Positions 12,796 through 24,700 of a stretch of 64,000 bases of DNA are shown here, piece by piece. A program made the translations under genes and the position numbers. Origin of the DNA: Amoebophrya sp. A120 (taxonomy: Eukaryota; Protista; Dinoflagellata); the NCBI GenBank assembly GCA_905178155.1, contig CAJINV010000003.1, forward strand, positions 4,153,253 through 4,217,252, in the 5' to 3' direction. The notes under the pieces are model-generated. The model made no database searches. It saw nothing but the letters and a program-made list of their open reading frames with translations, and had not been told where the DNA came from. The stretch's first letter is position 1. Every line of letters starts with the position of its first letter.

Positions 12796-15700
12796 TTAGC
12801 AACCTCCCGCGGCAGCGGCGCGTTTCTTTTGCGCCGCAGAGGACGAAGTTTTCTGCACTTTGCTGGAAAGGAGCTCCTGGGCCGCTTCGTTGTCCGTATC
12901 GTAGACTTCTTCGGCTTCCTCATCGTCCTCGGTGTGTGTGTCTTCCGCTGGCTGGTTTTTGTCGCCCATGAGGCGGAAGATGGACATGAGGATGAACCCC
13001 AGCCCGATGGCGCCCACCGCGATGAACAGCTGGACGTGGGTCTGGAGGGAATGGCCCGAGAAGAAGTGCCACATCAGGACGAGACAAATCATCAGGTTGC
13101 TCGGGATGTAGAAGATGTTGTACAGCGTGGCCCGAATGTCCTCCGGCACCATGCTGGCCTTCACCCCGCCCATGGTGGGGAAGTACATCCCCACGGCCAT
13201 CTCGAACAGCACGAAGCCCGTGTACATCACGATCTGCAGAACCAAAACCGTTCCGCTCTGGTCCATCGGCGTGTCGGGCAAGTACAGTTGGGTGTCCGCT
13301 TGCGGAAAATAAATCGGGGCCACATACAGGACGGTCGCCGGCAAACTGAGCCCGAAAGAACCCAACAGCATCACCCAGCAGGCGAGGGTCTTCCCGCTAG
13401 TGCCGCGACTCAGGAAAACATTGCACAAACACGAACCGATCAAGTAACCTGAAAAGGGATTATATGAATGGAGGGTGAAAGTCAAAACATGAAAATTAGA
13501 CGCATGAAGGATTGCTCGTGGGAGTCATGATCATCCATATATAATTAGCATGTTTTCTTTCAGATAATTACGAGTTCGCATACTCTAAAACTCGTCATAC
13601 GGAAAAAGCGATTATCATATTACCGCTCAACAGCGTCGCAAACAGGATGGGCTGCTGGATGTTGTGCCGACTTGCCGGAAGGTTGAGGTAACTGTCGATC
13701 GTGAAGAAGGACGCGGTCCAACTGCAGACGAAGAGGTACATGCTGCCCTCGAATAGCGCAACGGAGAGGCCGAGCAGCAAAATTCTCCGATCCTGTGTGA
13801 GGAGTCCAAAAGACTTTTTGATCGACCCCAGCGTGCCCAGGGCATCCTTGTCATTGCTCTTTCTTGTGTCGGTGTGCGTGCTCTTCATGCTGAACACGGA
13901 GGTGCGCGGGGCCTGTGCCAAACTGTCTTCTTTGTCCTTGTCTTCGACGGCATCCGCGGTGCCTCCGTGTGCGGGCTTGTCTTTCGCCGTGGTCCAGGTG
14001 AGGGAGATGATCAAGAACCCGATCACCATACAGGCGAACATCAATGCGTACACATACAGCCGCCCACCCCAATTCACGCTGAAATGGGACATCTTGTTCT
14101 CCTCCGGCATCGCCGGCCCTACGGTGTAGATCTTCGTTCCGGCGAACATCGTGATTCCCTGCGAGACCAAGCCCGCAAGGATCGCGGACACTGACCCTCC
14201 GAAATACATCCAGCCCAGCGAAGAACCTGTTGTGTGAAGCAAAATAAATAAATGGTGCGAAGACAACCATAAAGAGAGCGACATGTTGCGCTCTCGGTTA
14301 CCTGATTTCTCGTCGAGGCGATTCACGAGTGCGAGTCGTGGTCCTCGTCCTGCTCTTCCTGTTGCTCATCTTATGCATCACAAAAGATCATGCTGGAGCA
14401 TAAATAACGTACCAAGTCTTTGTCCGGAATAGCCGCGCTTGAAGTGCTCCTGCACGTACCAGGCCTCGAATGTTGTGAAGAGGAGACGGGTCGCAATCCC
14501 GTTGGTAAACTGTCCCAACGCCAGGATCCAGTAGTTGTTGAAGAAGAACGAGACTGCCATCAGGCCGTTCCTGTTTTAGTTTTTGGTGTCGAAGGTCATG
14601 AATTTGAATCGTCACCAAGACCATAAGCAGCGTTTCCTGCAGCCTTTGTATTTAATATCAGCAGAGGTATACAGCAGGCATCCGCATCAAGAAGGAACGT
14701 TGCGAAATGAAAGTAAAAACAAGTGTGAAAAATTTTTATGCCAAGTACATGATGCAGTAGAAGAGGCAGGCGGTCCTTCTTCCGACGGTATCTGCCACGG
14801 ATCCGATGAAAACGCCAAGAATGACAGCAGTGGCAAACCCGAAGACCATGAACTCGTTGAAGTACTGGCGTCTGCCGGTGGGATCGCTCCAGCCATAGTC
14901 GTCAACGATGATCTCAAAGATCACCGTGCCGTTCAGCCAATCCGCGAAAAAGCAAAAATACCAACCGGCCAGGTACAGCAGCTGGAACTTGCGAAAACCG
15001 TCGGTCTTCTTTGCCGCACCTAGTAAGGAAGTTACTTATTCGGATAAGAACGTAAAATAAAAATTTGTATTTCAGCAAGTCGGGCATAAACAAACTGGGA
15101 TTACTTACGTGTCAGAGACAAAGCAGCTACTGAATTATTGTGCTCTGGTTGAAAGTTTCCCAAATTCAACCTGAAACTCCTCCTGTGACTATGTACAACT
15201 AGAGAGACCTGCCAGAAGCAGAGGCGGGATGAACTACAATATTATGTATATGTTCTCCGCAGTGCCAAAAAAAAATAGAAATACCATCTGCCTCGATATC
15301 GGTAACCGCTTCCATTTCGGCTTCATCCTTTCCGCAGTCCGGACGCTCCTTGATCCCGAGGAAGACCGCGAGCACAATCACGACGGCGAAGAAGACCCAC
15401 AGCGTTGTATGTTGGGATTTGGCCGCCCAGTTGCTGGAGTCCGTGTACAGGCCCCAGAATTGCTCTTCTTGTTCGCGGTTCTCAGGTTGGTCCTGACCTG
15501 CGGGAAGTGCCGCAATCTCGCTCTTCGCCGCAACCGCTCGCAGGACCTCGCTCGTGTCCGCATCCACAGAGACCAACATTGATGGCTCACAACAGCTCGC
15601 AGATCGCTCCAGCACCACTTTTTGTAGCGGCTGCGGGTTCTCGCCGTTCACTGCAACGAGGAAGTTTGTGATTTCAAGGTCCGGGGTGTTAATCATGTTC

Positions 15701-16766
15701 CCGGTTAGTTCGGCCCAAACGTCGTCGGGGATGGAAAGTGTCAGGACAGAGGTAGAGAACCGCCCCTTGACAAACTGAAACTTCGAGTCGGAATCCCCCT
15801 CAATTCCGCGCCACTCCGTGGCACCAGCGAGGAAGTGGCTCTTGAAGATGTTGTTCTGCTTGTTTTCGACATCTTGCTCTGTCTGCGAAAAGGTCTTGGG
15901 CGCATTGCTCGGATCCACGTTGCGCTGGCTCTGCTCGCTCTCCAGCCTGTTTTATTTGAAAAATTTATGGATTTGCTTCTTCTACTTTTTTTCGGCTAGA
16001 GGTAGACATGGGGATGGGTCTGTGCCAGCGCTCTTCTGGCGAGTGTCTTTATTAACTGCTGGCTCACATTCACATACCAGATCTTGAGAAAATCATCAAA
16101 TAAAAGTAACGAGTACGTTTGCCAGAGTTCGTTCGGCTTTTCCGCGGCGTCCTTCTTTACTTCCTTCGTATTATCGTCCGTGACAAATTTTAAGAGCAGG
16201 GCGGACTGCATGTTGCGGGGCTTCCACGAGGCCATGACGAATCCAACGTCTTGCGGCTTGTCTCCTCCGGTGAAGGGACCAATTTTCTTTTCGTGGCTGT
16301 AGACCCACTCGGCGAGATTTTTTGTCGCCTGCACACTGGCAGCTTGCATGTTGACAGCTTCCACAGTGGCCAACACTTCTTGTGCTAACCCGGTGTCCTG
16401 TCCACCCTGCGTGGCTGGAATCGTCAACCCAGTGACCACACTGCCCGTCTTGGTCAAACCGACCTGGACGAAGGGCTTGAAGCTGCCAGCGTCGAACTTC
16501 TGGGCCTTCAGCCGGCCCAAGAGAAAGAAGCGGTGGCTCAAGGCCTTTCCATAACTGGCACCCAAATCCAAGACTTGGAAGCCATCCTCCAGCTTTCCGT
16601 CCTCCGTCACGGAAACAACGTAACGATAGTTCCAGTTGTGGGGCTTTGCGACCCATCCGCTGGGTGCGCTGGCTTTCGTCGGCGTTCCGATGTAGTACTG
16701 CGAGGCGGCCAGACAGGTGCTGAGCAACCAGCCCTGCAAGACCAAAATCGCCTTTGCGATCATCAT
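12796..16766 (-). CDS. MFS transporter of the molybdate-anion transporter (MOT2/MFSD5) type with signal peptide and large N-terminal ectodomain (~998 aa, 6 exons)
   Basis: Exons 16766-16117, 15946-15285, 15019-14749, 14570-14413, 14226-13624 and 13448-12796 total 2997 nt. All five introns are GT-AG and phase-consistent. Motifs: FRKFQLLYLAGWYFCFFADWLNG, GSVADTVGRRTAC, LLFTTFEAWYVQEH, LFEGSMYLFVCSW, VPEDIRATLYNIFYIPSN. Confidence 0.85.
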
Positions 16767-17889
16767 ATTTTTGTCTTCGATGTAACAATGATTATTCGGC
16801 AGTTCCCCTCGTTCCCGGGAACTACAGAAAGGGAAACGAAAGCTCTTGCACAAAAATACTTTTCAAGCGGCTCTACTTTTTTCTCAGAAAGCAAAATTTG
16901 TTTAAACGTCAAGTCGTGGTTTTATTCGGCTACCAAACTATTGAATGTAGATCGAAACGTGGATCGTCTTCAAGTCACAAAGCACAAAGGCGGATCGATT
17001 GTTGTATACTCGTGGTAAGTATGCAACTTGTTGTACAGTCTAAAACTAGTTGGAAGTTTCTAAACTAGACCTTTACTTTGTGCTTAGGTGTTCTGGGTTC
17101 GCAATTTTGGTCTTTACAGACGAGACAAGGTCACCCTCAAGACCTTGTAGTCCACTAGAGCCACAAAACAATAAAAAGCAACAGCCTGTGAGTACCATTC
17201 ATCACGCAATTGAAGTTGGAGCCACATGAAAAGAAAATGAAAGGAAGACGCTTCCCCATGCGAAAAGATGGAGCGTCGAAAAAAAATACCAGTGGATCTT
17301 GTTGATGCGAACCTGCAGGTCAGATTTTTCTGTTTCTGATCTTCTCGTGCACTTGGCAGTGTCGCACTGCATATTTTTGATCAGCATCTGATACAGGTAC
17401 AGTGTTTTGTTCATCATCATCTACGATTTTGCTTTTGGCCTTCATCGAAATACGAGCGCAAATTTCAATTTATGATCGTGCAGATTATTTGTCTGCTGCG
17501 TGGTTTTTTTTTCTAATTCTATACTTCGTAAGTATGGAACCGCGGATCTGTTTGACCTCATGTATGGAAGGATCGATAAACTTGTGCATATTTCCATTTC
17601 ATCTTTGGTCAGGTTTTTCTCCATCTTCATGCTACCACGCTACACCGTACAAAGCACAGCATGCGAACAGGCACTGAATCTTGTTTGTTTTTCGAGGACG
17701 CCTCACCTTTTCTACATGAAATTAATCGAAGCGTCGCGCAAGCAAAGGAGTGAAGAAGGACCTCGTGCCTCTGCGTCCCGCACAAGACGCAAGCGAAATT
17801 CAAGATTTGATTTCTGGCCAGTCATGATCATGCACTGCAACAGCCGATGCCGAAATTGCCAGGTGCACGAGGAAAAAACTGCCGGTCTT

Positions 17890-20804
17890 TTATTTCAGCA
17901 GGCGACGATGCTGTGGATTATCGTCGTCGGCGGGTAGCTCGTCGTCTTCGTCTGTCAGTCTCGTGTAATGCACTCGCCACCTGACGCCGTCGCCTGAGGT
18001 GAGGAAATAGAATAGGTATAAAAAAGGTCTTTTCTGTCGGTTCTTTCTGGTGCGGCGTCCACGCACGAAGATGGGGGCCACACTTGCGATTGGGATTGCT
18101 GACAAATAGAAATGCTCTGTTTTTAAAGAAGTTTCGCATTGATTTGAAACGATTTCTGTATCTGTGGTACCATGCGGGCGAGCGTTGCTCATTGGTATTG
18201 GTATCCACCACGTAAGGAGATTGCTGCCAAACACCTGCTCCCAGTTTCGCCGGTAACCCACATCGTATTTGCTTTTCTGCCCATCTTCGCGCTCCAGATT
18301 TTCAATGGTAGTGTAGTTGATGGAAATCAAGCGAATGTGGAACTTCATGAAGTTTGTTAATGTGCAGCCGAGAAGCGTTGCGGCGCCCTGCCCTATCAGC
18401 ATACCCTGAATTTTCAGTGACAGCAGAAAGTAGAGTTTTGGTGAGTGCAAACTTATCTTCACGCTCTTCATTCCATCCATCAGAAACACAGGAGTTTGAA
18501 GTAACAAACTAAACCATCACTATCCACGTTCAGACACGAAAAAGAGTCGAGAGCAGGCGAGTCGTGGCAGAACACATCAAATGAGAAGCAACCCAATTTA
18601 CCAGATGGCGCAACTGCACGAACTGGTCCAAGCCCCCGGGAACAGGAAAACCGGGCCCGCCTTCTGGAAAAGCCACTGTAAGGTAGCGGAAAACCTGTTC
18701 AGTCGATGTCGATCAAAAAGACAATAAGACGTCGACAAGAAACCTTCATCGTCCAAAAAGGTATTCATGGAAACACGAGCGACATGAAAGAAGAAGGTCT
18801 AGGTCAGCGTAGAAGCCAGTATTGTTTTGTCGTTGTCGTCGTCGTACCTTGTCCAGCGTAATCACCGACCCGTAGACACAGACGGTCTGAAGACACACCC
18901 AGGCGTATATCACGAAGAGCAGGAAGTACTTGCGGTTGTAGAAGCCTACGCAGTTGTTTATCCACGGGCAGTGATGGTCCATATTCAAAACGCATCGTCG
19001 ACATATACTGCAGTGGTGGGTCCTGGAAAAATGGTTGCGCAAAAATTTCTATCGATTTTCAATTTCATTATATCATTTTGTACTTGTAATTCGTATGTCT
19101 ATGTTCTTCATTAACGTATTGCTTTTGCATTTCTCAGTTACATTTCCATTTTCATAACGTGGCCGCGGGTCTGCCACAGCGAGAAGTACGTGTACGTCCC
19201 AGCTGGACATCCAGATACCTGTCCGGCTTCCAAACGTTGCACATTTTGCAGTAGCGCCTTCGCTTGCTCTCGTCGCCCATGTAGAAGCCCCAATTTGCCG
19301 GCACCTGCCCCGGATCCACGACGATAGCGTGGTAGAAGCTGATGAGGAGCAGGACAAAAACGACGTGGAAGACGATGAGCACGACCGTGCCGACGTCTCG
19401 TACGTAGTAGTGGTATACCACATCATAGGTGGACTCGCCCATCACGCCCCACAGAACCGTCCCGCCCTGCTGTAGCTGCCGGGCGTGAAACATCTCTTCA
19501 CTGACCTCATGATCGGCCAGCACTGGGGGCGGTGTAGCAGGGGTTTTTTGGTGTCGGGTAGAGCTGCTAGCGTTGTACTGTGGTCCCAGCTGTTGTTTGG
19601 TGGAGGAAAACCGTTCTGTGAAAAAGCACACGATCTCGACCAGCGCTCCAGACGCTGGGAGAAAACTACCGAAAACAGCAGAGCGACTGATCGCGGAGGC
19701 GCAGTCACCCGAATTGTCGTGCGGTGCTGGCATGCCGCCGGACGAGTCCGCTGGAGTCCGGGCTTTCTTTGTAGAAACGTTGTCACCCTTAGCGCTGTCA
19801 GTCCTACTTCTCTCCTCATCTGGTGAAGTAGCTCCTTCTACCCTTGCGCCTGTGTTGTTGGGCAGGTCACCTGCTGCACCAGTTTGCCCTCCTTGGATTC
19901 CGCTATTGGTAGTAGATTTCGTGCGTGATAGCGCGCTGTCTTCTTGGTGTATGGTACTATTCTCATCTGGTAGAAGCGAAGAGGACGCAGCTCCCCCACC
20001 TCCCGAGGCGTCGTGCTTATTCTTGGGTGCCTGTGAGGCGCTCCCCTCTTGGGCAGGGGGGATTTCGCTCGTCATCGTTGTAGCAGTAGCTGCCGTGATC
20101 GCTGAAGAAGATGCTATGGAACTACCATCTTTTAACTGAATTGAAGATGGCGAGAGCTTTTTATCCGGGCTCTCTTCTGCACTCTTTGTGTCCACCTGCG
20201 CACTATTTTCGTCTTTGCGTGCCGTGGCTGTCCGCAAGTCACTGTGCTTGTTCGGGTCATCAGTTGTACCAGCTGCGTCGGCGTTGCTTGTTCTGTCAGC
20301 ATCGCCATCTATTACTACTATTTCTGCACCATCCTTCTCCTGCGCAAGCGCGCTAGCTGACGGGGAAGGCGCCCTGCTGGTTGCGCCACCGCGTAGACCG
20401 ACAGTTGGTTTCTTATTTGCAGACTGTTGTAGAGTTTCGCTTTTTTGTTTTTCGGAAATCGCGGTGCCGAGTTCTTCGAGGGCAGCACTCGCGTCATATC
20501 CCGTCGCAGCGCTCTCTGCGTCCGCGACCTGATTTGCTGTTTTCCTCCCTTTCTTCGTGTTTGACAGTTCTGCGTCGTCTTCGTCTTCTCCCAGATTTCT
20601 TCGCCTCCCGGCGGAGTAGGGTGTGGTTCCCGAAGCTGGGGGTGGTGCTGGGCGCTGACTGTCACTGATGCTCCGCAAGTACCCCGACCCAACCAGTTCC
20701 ATTTCTGGAATCACAACGACAAACACGAAGGCGCCATAAACGGAGAGAATCATCGCCAACACCGTGCACACGAAGCCCGCGTTGGCGCTGTTTTGTTCAG
20801 GCAT
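17890..20804 (-). CDS. DHHC palmitoyltransferase (~730 aa, at least 5 exons)
   Basis: Exons 20804-19219, 19022-18848, 18694-18602, 18405-18171 and 17993-17890 total 2193 nt with GT-AG introns. The spliced product has the Cys-rich domain [39 protein letters not shown], a DPG motif, TTIE and [14 protein letters not shown]. An extra 5' exon near 21043-21092 is possible. Confidence 0.92.
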
Positions 20805-21734
20805 CGACGTGCAGCAGTTGTAGAGAAAAAGATGAACTTTTTGTTTCTCATACGCACCAGCACGGTCATCCCTCATTTTTAAGCAGAAATGAGATGCAAA
20901 AGGAAAAAAACGATCTTAGACCACACAACGCAAAAACGTGGACACTAGTCCAATTCAAATACCAATTCCACACATCGTGTTTTTGCCGCATCGTCACCGT
21001 GCCCCTTGTAGCAAGTACAGCTAGAGCTACAGGTGCAGGGACGTATCTTAATATCCAGCTCCCCTCTGCGTAGCCGTGAAAGATTGTCAAACCTACAGGC
21101 TAGCAGGATTCGAGACGAAATGCGGCCGTACCTCCACTACACTTGTTTGGCGTCCATCCATCGTTCGTCATAGTTGTGTTGGTGTTGATTGAATGGGTAT
21201 GAAGGCTGCGTCTTAAAATTGTATAAGTACCTTTGTCGTCTAGCGTAAGTACTTCTACGGAAACGAAATAGAGGTGAAATGTGGTTCTAGATTTTTGGAA
21301 TATCTTCTACCGCGGCATGAAGAAGTAGAAGAAGACGCCGCACGAGGCAGCAACTGCGTCATTGACTCTTTCTTGCGCTTTCAGCCCTTGCGCGATGGAA
21401 TACTACACTCGCTGTTGCACCAGGCGCCCTCAGCAAACGGCATGACTTGACTGTTCATCGCCACGTCGACGTAACCGAATCGTAGTCCGCTGGGTGTCCT
21501 GAATTCATGACCCAGAGGAACCACGTCGAAAACTTTATGCTCATATTCATTATTCATCTGGAAAACAAGAACACTCCATCAGTTGTAGTCAACTCACAAC
21601 AATGTGGCTGTCGCAAAACGGCGGAACGATTTGCTGCTAGCCTGAAACCTGCTTCGTTCCCCGTGCCATTAGCAGCGATGCAGGGTCGCAGAGACGGAGC
21701 AAGGCTTTTTCCAACTCATGGCGCATCTACTTCG

Positions 21735-24700
21735 TTAGAACGTTATCTTGGGGTCTCGAATGAGCGCCTGTAGAATCTGTTCGTGCCTGGAGAGCGAAGC
21801 GCTTGGCGCGCTCTGGAACGCCGTCTTTTTTGTGTTGAAGAGGAAGTCCAGCCAATACCTTTCCGTGATCTCCTCTTGGGAGAAACCCACCACTAAACCC
21901 TCGGGTGTTGTACACAGATTCTTGGTGAGGAAAAAAGTGAGCGGGGCTTGCCAATAGTGGCGGTGCGTCCGCTTGCTGTAGAGCTCGCACAGCGTTTGCA
22001 GGTCATTTTTGTGCCGAAAGCGGTGGTGAAGCCGTGGCGTTTTCCTGCGTCGCTGTACTCGCTCCTCTGCTTCAGGGGGCAACTCCGGTAGTCTGCCGCG
22101 AATGTTCGCTGCTATTTTTTCCGGATCAAAGTAGTTCAGCGGATCGGCCGAGGATATAATTGCTTCCGAGGTAATTTCTTCCAAAATATTGCCTTTTTTC
22201 TCATCTATCTCCGACGAAGCCTCTGAATTTTTGGTGCTGGTCCCTTTTCTTTCTCGACTGTTCATTTGAGATTCTACCTGTTCTTCCGAACCTGGCGCGA
22301 AGTTGTTCGATCCCGCGACACTGCCAGCTTCGACTTCGTTCACTTCCCATAGAGATTGCGCGAGCTTTTGAGAGTCGTAAGGATCTTGCTTTCCCTGGAG
22401 GCCGGAAGCAGGACGCGAACCCGTAGCGGCGACATTTTTACGACCAGCTGCGCCTTTCTTGCCTTTTGTCGGGACCAAGTCACTGGTGTGCAGTCGATCT
22501 ACAAGCACCATATTCCACCAACCAAAGTAGATGACGTCGTAGCCAAAGGCATTACCCAGCTGCTTGATGGCCGCAGCAGTGGCAATGAAAGCCTTGAAAT
22601 AGCCATGGATCTGCGTTGCAACGCGCGACTCGTAGTCGTTCGCAACGGTGAAAGTCAGCGCCAAAGCCTCCTCGTCCTTGTCTTCATCTTCCGGTTTGTT
22701 TTTTTTTCTATCTGATTCTGAGTCAACTGATGGGCTTGCCTCCGCGGCTGGACCTCCGCGGGCGGCTTGTCCTGTTTCCTCTTGCTCTTCGTGATCCGCT
22801 TCGCCATACATTTGCAACAGCCTCCGATAAGCCTCACCTGCATTGGCAGGCTCCGCTCGCTTGTATCGTGGAATTAGATTCAACCCTGGCGGCATCATGT
22901 GGTCCGGCCAGAAGTAGGAATGGATGTGCTCGATTTGAATCACCTTTGGATAGTAGTACACCGCGTCGTGGTCCCTCCTCTCGTCCTCGTCGTTCCGCAT
23001 GGAACCAGAAGAGGAGCTCCTGCAGGCAGTTGGTGGCGAGAAAAACTGTTCCGCCTCGTGCAACTCGTACTCACGGGTCGCGGTTTCTTCGCTGACAGCT
23101 AGCTCTCTTACGGCGTCGCTTATTCCGCTCCACACTTGGCACACGCGGCGTTTCATCTCGTTTCGCGTGCGATGCTCGCGGATCCTCTGCGAACTTTGCA
23201 AGATGGCCCGCAAAACATGCCAGGAAAACGAGTCGATTTGCAGGACGAGAAATGCGAAGTCGAAGGGCACTTGCCGGCGCGGAAAAACTTCCGCCACCAC
23301 ATTTTCCGGCGATAGCATCTCTGGGTGGTAGCCAATGGCGGAGTTTGCGTGCCCGACGTCCAACATAATTCCGGTCCATTCCGGACTGCGAAAAGTCCGC
23401 AAGAAACGAGCGTAGTGCTCGACTCCAGCAAAACCCACGCCGACATCAACATAGAAATGCTTCTGTTTGATGTCTGAAAAAGCATTCGTGTGCACTTTGG
23501 ATTTGGATTTCATCTCCGAGTCGACGTCATGATCCGCAGTTTCGCTCATCCTCTCGCCGTCTTCTTCCCTAGGAAACGCCAGTTGGAATATCCTGCTCAG
23601 CACGGAGTCCATCTGGTCCTGTGCGTAGTTTAAAAACTTTCTGGTCAGACTCTGCGCTGGGTCGCAGTCATCCCACAAGTCGAAAGGTCTCTTCGAAGTG
23701 AGCAGGACCTGTGCAACACGGTGCATCGCGCCAGCCGCGGTGTCGTAGTAGCTCCTCCACAGCGTGTCGGCCAACACCACGCGGTCCAACCTTTGCTGGA
23801 AGAAACGGCGAAACCGGGTCAGCGGGTCCAGATTGTCGCTCAGCGGTACGATCATCTGTCCGATCGCCTCCCCGCACGTAGGGTAGGTGCCCGCGATCTC
23901 TGCATCGGTCATCTGGTCGGAGTCGATGTCGTTTCTACTGGCGTCATTTGATGCTTCTTGTCCGTTTTCTTCCATTCTACTCCTGTCGCCGTGAAGGTCT
24001 TCTTCGGAGCTGGTGACCTCCACGGGGCTAGTTATGTCGCCAGCTTCTGCTGCCGCAAGGCCCATGCGGTGTTCCCGCTGGATTTCTTCGTTCAGGAAGT
24101 AGTCAAACAGTGGCGCGGTGTACGGAAGCCGCACCGTGTGATTCAGTGCGGCAAAATCCATCACGTATTCTGAGGAGATCTGCTCATTAGACGAGTCGTC
24201 ATTGAGCCGGAGTTCTTCTGTTCCTGCTTGTATGGCGGTAGTTGCGAGCCCCCCGATTTGGCGTTGGACGAAGCCAACGTCAATACCAAGCTGTCGAAGC
24301 GCACTTATCAGACCGTCCGTCGCTGCCTGAAGAGTTGGTTCCCCTTGCTCTTGGTCCTGGTGCTGCGCGAGAACCGCTATTTCGGATTTTGCCTTTGGCT
24401 TTTTGTCCACTTTTTTCGTCTGCTCCTCCGCTACTCGGCGAATTTCCTTTTCCCAACGAATGGGCTGGTCGATCGCGATGCGGTGATAAGCGGAGTGGAA
24501 TCGGTCCGGGTCGTGAATCTTGTACATTACCTCGGCTTGTACGGCCAGGGCCGTGTCGTAGAGAAATTCGCAAATTTCTCCGATGGTTTGCGGCCACCAG
24601 GCCCGCTGCAGCTGCACGCTGGAGGCCTCGCTAGGCAGTAATCGGAAATCCAGGCCGGGAGGATGAACATCATCTGATCGCCCCGCTTCATCTTCGTCGG

